A stretch of 25,250 nt of DNA, taken from positions 1 through 25,250 of the forward strand of contig BTUM01000104.1 in assembly GCA_045863235.1 (NCBI GenBank). Reading direction: 5' to 3'. The notes beneath the pieces are model-generated. The model searched no databases. It saw only the letters and a program-made list of their open reading frames with translations, and was not told the origin of the DNA. Origin of the DNA: Candidatus Xenobia bacterium. GTDB taxonomy: Bacteria > Vulcanimicrobiota > Xenobia > Xenobiales > QWHO01. Of the stretch, positions 21,952 through 25,250 are shown piece by piece; the first letter of the stretch is position 1; each line of letters opens with the position of its first letter. Made by a program: the position numbers and the translations under genes.

Positions 21952-23521
21952 CGATTTCTACCTTGCAGACCGGCCCCGTCCACTCGACCTCCCGTCGCCA
22001 GGGGCCGCCTTCCAGCTCGGCCGCTTGGAAGTAGCGCGAGCTGGCCATATGGATTCCCACCAGCCTGCGACAGCGCCACAGGCGCTCTCCGGCCGGCCGG
22101 CGGGGCCGATCTTCTTTCAATTCGTCCGAGATTACCACGGAGTCTTGCTTCAGGGCAACCTCCCGCACCAGCCGAACGCCCAATCGCTTACGGCCCGTCA
22201 TCAGGCGGCGCACCACGATCTTCTTGAACAGCTCTCCGACGAAGGCCGAGCGCAGCACCGTCAGGTTCAAGATGCGCAACACCACGAACCGCCAGGGATC
22301 CAGCTCATCGTGCAGGGAGGCAAAAAAGCCCGCGCTCACCTCGAGTCGGTCCTGCTCCAGCCGGGTCAGCTCTCCCGACCCCGGCATGCGGCTCAGGTAG
22401 CTTCCCCGGGGCCCTTCCAGCAGGTAGCCCGCTTCCTCGCAGGCGATCTCCCAGCGTTCCTTCTTGCGGCACACCACCACCGCTCCCCCCAGCCTGGTGG
22501 CTACGTGCACCGTCCGCTCCGGCTCGCGCCACACCACCAGCCCCGCCTCCGGTAGATGCACCCGCCCCGTCGGCTCGACCGCTTCGGGCAATTCCCCGGC
22601 CGAGCGGTAGGCCTCCAGCGCATCGTCGGCCAGGCGCACGGCGTTCTCGAAATCGAGCTGCGAGGGGAGGGGAACCCGCTCATCCTGCCACCCCCGCCGC
22701 ACTCGGGCGGCCAGGTTCGAGAGCTCCGAGCTGCGCGAGGCCAGTTTCTCGAAGGCCGCCGGGTAGAGCAAAGCCGTCGAGCGCACCCCCAGCATCGGGT
22801 GGAGCGACCCGTCCGGCAGGAGGGCCTGGCCCACGAACCGGGCCGCCTGCTCCACCACCTGCCACAGGGCCGCGTCTGAAAGCAGCTCGGCGCACTTGAT
22901 CAGATAGCGCAATGTGCGCGTCTGGTAGCCCGGGTCGGGTCCATCGTACTCCCGGAACCACCCTTCCGAGGGCACATAGAGCTTGAGCGTGCGCTCGAGA
23001 TACTCCATCCCCTTGCGCCGCGCCCCTTCGTGCGAGAGCTCGCGCGCCGCCAACAAGAGCTCGAAGGCGTACTCGGCCAGGTGGTTGGCGATCTCCCCGT
23101 GGTGCTCGTCGTGGCGTAGCGCGAAGGCCAGGGCCCGGTCGATGACCCCCTCCAGGCCAGACCTCTCCCCAAGCTCCGGGCAGCGGGCCACGAACAGCAT
23201 CACGGCCAGAAAGTCGTAGATCACCCCGGGCGAGCGCTCGTAGGGATACACCTGGTCGAAGCTGCCGTCGCGCAGCTGGTAGCGCTCGCAAAAGCGCACG
23301 AACCCGTCCAGCCAGTCCGGCAGAGCCTCCACCCGGCCCACCATGCGGCAGTGCTCCACCACCAGCCGGGCCCCATACTGCAGGGTGGCGTCGGGCATGT
23401 CCTTCTTCTTCCAGCCCCACCACGAGCGGTCGAAGCTGCCGAAAGCGGGCGCGGAGGGCTCGCGGTTCCACATCGAGAGCGCCGTGCGGGCCACCCGGGT
23501 GAACTCTCTGAGGTAGATCAT
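21941..23521 (-). CDS. Hypothetical protein, probable alpha/alpha-toroid fold, of a type seen in polysaccharide loci
   Basis: Long ORF coupled at both ends (ATGA overlap at 23518-23521; 11-bp overlap at 21941-21951). Motifs GSFDRSWWGWK, QLRDGSFDQVYP, EGWFREYDGPDPGYQT. The fold call is inference. Confidence 0.7.
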   Translation of the reverse strand: MIYLREFTRVARTALSMWNREPSAPAFGSFDRSWWGWKKKDMPDATLQYGARLVVEHCRMVGRVEALPDWLDGFVRFCERYQLRDGSFDQVYPYERSPGVIYDFLAVMLFVARCPELGERSGLEGVIDRALAFALRHDEHHGEIANHLAEYAFELLLAARELSHEGARRKGMEYLERTLKLYVPSEGWFREYDGPDPGYQTRTLRYLIKCAELLSDAALWQVVEQAARFVGQALLPDGSLHPMLGVRSTALLYPAAFEKLASRSSELSNLAARVRRGWQDERVPLPSQLDFENAVRLADDALEAYRSAGELPEAVEPTGRVHLPEAGLVVWREPERTVHVATRLGGAVVVCRKKERWEIACEEAGYLLEGPRGSYLSRMPGSGELTRLEQDRLEVSAGFFASLHDELDPWRFVVLRILNLTVLRSAFVGELFKKIVVRRLMTGRKRLGVRLVREVALKQDSVVISDELKEDRPRRPAGERLWRCRRLVGIHMASSRYFQAAELEGGPWRREVEWTGPVCKVEIDVG

Positions 23522-24504
23522 GGCAGGCTCCTCTTCACGTGCTCGAACTCGGCCGGGCTCAGCCGCCCCAGGAAGGGCAGCCGCAGCCCCTCGGCCAGAA
23601 AGCGCTCCGCCTGAGGAAACGGCCCTCCGGCCCCGGGATCATACTCGCCCGGCAACGGCTCCCCGGCCGGCTCGGCGTCGATCCCCCGCTCGCGCAGCCG
23701 GGCCAGCACCCGGTCGCGCTGCGGGAGGCGCAAGATGGCTCGCAGCGGCAGGCATTCGGCATACTCGGCCAGTGCCCCCGGTAGCTCCCGGTAGCGCCGC
23801 CGGGCCAGCTCGGCCTGCTCGAGGTAGACCGCCACTCGCGCCAGGCAGAAGCCTTCCAGCCAGGCCGGACCCCGCCGCGGATGCACCGGCCGGTCTTCTT
23901 TTTCCAGCGCCACCCCGCGCTGCACGAAGAAGCGGTAGAGCCCGCTGGCCAGCAGCCCCCGCAGGGCCACCCCCTGCGCCACTGTCCCCAGAAACGGCGC
24001 CAGGCTGGTTCCTGCAACCGATACCTTCTGGCGGCTGCACAAAAGCCCCCCGCCCGTATCCGCCCCTTTGCCCAGGCCGAAGCTGTAAACCACCGCCTCG
24101 GCCTGCTCACAGAGCTCCGGCCAGGCCCCCAGCCCCTGGGCCAGGTCCAGCACCAGGGGAGGACCCTGCCAGCTCTTCCACTCCCGAGCCAGCCCGTACA
24201 TCGGAGAAGCCAGCACCGCCACCGTGCGCTCGGTGACCGCTCGCGCGAAGGCTTCGCCCGAGGGACAGGGGAAGACCGGGTCCAGGTCCAGGTAGACCGG
24301 GGTAAAGCCCATCCGGCGCAGCAGGAACGGCACCGCCGGGCAGATCTGGGCGCTCACCAGCACCTCGCCCCGCCCAAGACCGGCAAACCAGGCCGCCAGC
24401 GCCTCGCGTCCGCGCCCGAACAGCTGGCGACAGGCCGGTCCGGCCAATCGGGCCGGCTCGGCCCGGGGCCACCCCAGCAGGGGCCGATAGCGCGCCACCC
24501 GCAT
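23518..24504 (-). CDS. DegT/DnrJ/EryC1/StrS-family PLP-dependent aminotransferase-like protein
   Basis: GRGREAL, EVLVSAQICPAV...GFTPVYLDLD, LVLDLAQGLG, YSFGLGK (PLP-lysine position), LRERGID, GLRLP. ATG 24504 overlaps the upstream TGA (TGATG). Confidence 0.75.
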   Translation of the reverse strand: MRVARYRPLLGWPRAEPARLAGPACRQLFGRGREALAAWFAGLGRGEVLVSAQICPAVPFLLRRMGFTPVYLDLDPVFPCPSGEAFARAVTERTVAVLASPMYGLAREWKSWQGPPLVLDLAQGLGAWPELCEQAEAVVYSFGLGKGADTGGGLLCSRQKVSVAGTSLAPFLGTVAQGVALRGLLASGLYRFFVQRGVALEKEDRPVHPRRGPAWLEGFCLARVAVYLEQAELARRRYRELPGALAEYAECLPLRAILRLPQRDRVLARLRERGIDAEPAGEPLPGEYDPGAGGPFPQAERFLAEGLRLPFLGRLSPAEFEHVKRSLP

Positions 24505-25250
24505 CAGCCGAAGAACCTGGCCAGCACCGACGTCCATTCCAGCACGCGCAGGGGTAGCCGCCGGAACACCTCTCGGGCCAGCCGGTAGCGCGGGTGCGAG
24601 CTATCCGCCGCGCCCGTCTCCGCTCGCCCCAGCGTGTAGGTCGGGATCGGCTCCTGACGCGCCAGCCACTTGCGCTTGAAGAAGAGCAGGCTCTCCTGCG
24701 AGGGAGCGTCGCTGCCCAGATCCAGCTCCTCCACCCCCTGCTCGAGCAAGAAGAGGCACAGGCGGTGCAGCATGAAGTCGTTGGGCCGCAGCCCTCGCAA
24801 GCCGGGCAGCGAGGCCGAGTAGGCGTACATCGCCGTGCGCCGGAATAAAAAGACGATCGTGGCCGCCACCGCTTGCCCCTGGTGCAGCACCAGGGCTACC
24901 CGTACCGGCTCTCGCGAGAGCATGCGGGCGAAGAAACCGCGGGGGAGGGGAGGCAGCCCCAGGTGGCTCTGGCTGCGCAGGTAGATCGCATACCAGCGCT
25001 CCAGCCCCTGGCCGGCCGGGCACAGCTCGAACTCGAGTCCGGCCCGCTCGGCCTGGCGCACCATGTTGCGCGTCTTGGCCCCCACCCGCCGAAACAGCTC
25101 CTCGCTGGTCATCCCGCGCAGGTCGAGAAGGCTGTGCACCCAGTAGAAGCGCTCCTCCAATCGTGGACCGCTCCTGTCGTCGCTGAATTCCTTCCGACCG
25201 CTCCTGTCGTCGCTGAATTCCTTCCGACCGCTCCTGTCGTCGCTGAATTC
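24504..25250 (-). CDS. GNAT-family (FemAB/acetyltransferase_6-like) protein, 5' end beyond the window
   Basis: LLDL...RNMVRQAERAGL, WYAIY...LGLPPLPRGFF, YAYSAS...RPNDFML, LDLG, LLFFKRKW. The frame stays open from 25160 to the window edge, through the 30-bp repeat. Confidence 0.85.
   Translation of the reverse strand, partial: EFSDDRSGRKEFSDDRSGRKEFSDDRSGPRLEERFYWVHSLLDLRGMTSEELFRRVGAKTRNMVRQAERAGLEFELCPAGQGLERWYAIYLRSQSHLGLPPLPRGFFARMLSREPVRVALVLHQGQAVAATIVFLFRRTAMYAYSASLPGLRGLRPNDFMLHRLCLFLLEQGVEELDLGSDAPSQESLLFFKRKWLARQEPIPTYTLGRAETGAADSSHPRYRLAREVFRRLPLRVLEWTSVLARFFG
25166..25250. repeat. Perfect 30-bp tandem repeat (at least 2.8 copies, cut by the window edge)
   Basis: Unit GACCGCTCCTGTCGTCGCTGAATTCCTTCC at 25166, 25196 and 25226 (partial). 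It encodes EFSDDRSGRK on the minus strand, in the GNAT frame. Confidence 0.95.

Noticed and set aside
25166..25250. CRISPR array from the 30-bp repeat
   Set aside because: Head-to-tail identical units with no spacers, lying in an open coding frame.

Overview
GC-rich bacterial chromosomal window with about 16 intact or edge-truncated CDSs plus one pseudogene. I saw no rRNA, tRNA, CRISPR array or transposase. Left part (254-13259): a PQQ-type beta-propeller protein, a VIT/vWA/TPR/DUF2135-like lipoprotein, a decayed MarR gene, a Uma2 nuclease, a HEAT-like protein, a large helical orphan protein, and a 1363-aa lipoprotein with a GH64-like beta-1,3-glucanase domain, FN3 and six IPT/TIG repeats. 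Middle (13392-18147): a phytoene-desaturase/RetSat-like flavoenzyme, a structured intergenic region, then minus-strand HemY-like oxidase, ADP-ribosylglycohydrolase and HD-domain genes. Right (18462-25250): a CE4 polysaccharide deacetylase converging on a tightly coupled minus-strand operon (GNAT/FemAB-like, DegT-family, alpha/alpha-toroid-like, radical SAM/SPASM, FAD monooxygenase), probably for glycan modification. The most interesting signals are five. (1) Two unrelated proteins without signal peptides end in the same motif, VVVGG[IV]R[VL][RK], a candidate C-terminal sorting/export signal. (2) An 85-bp nested palindrome at 15096-15180 has a partial second copy that forms the 3' end of the VIT gene. 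(3) Two NrdR-box-like 16-mers, 31 bp apart, lie between convergent genes with no nrd gene nearby. (4) A 27/24-bp alternating tandem repeat sits in a divergent intergenic region. (5) A perfect 30-bp in-frame repeat lies inside the GNAT gene. All product calls come from recognising motifs by eye, with no database search. The protein style reminds me of Ca. Eremiobacterota/Vulcanimicrobiota, but that is an unverified impression.
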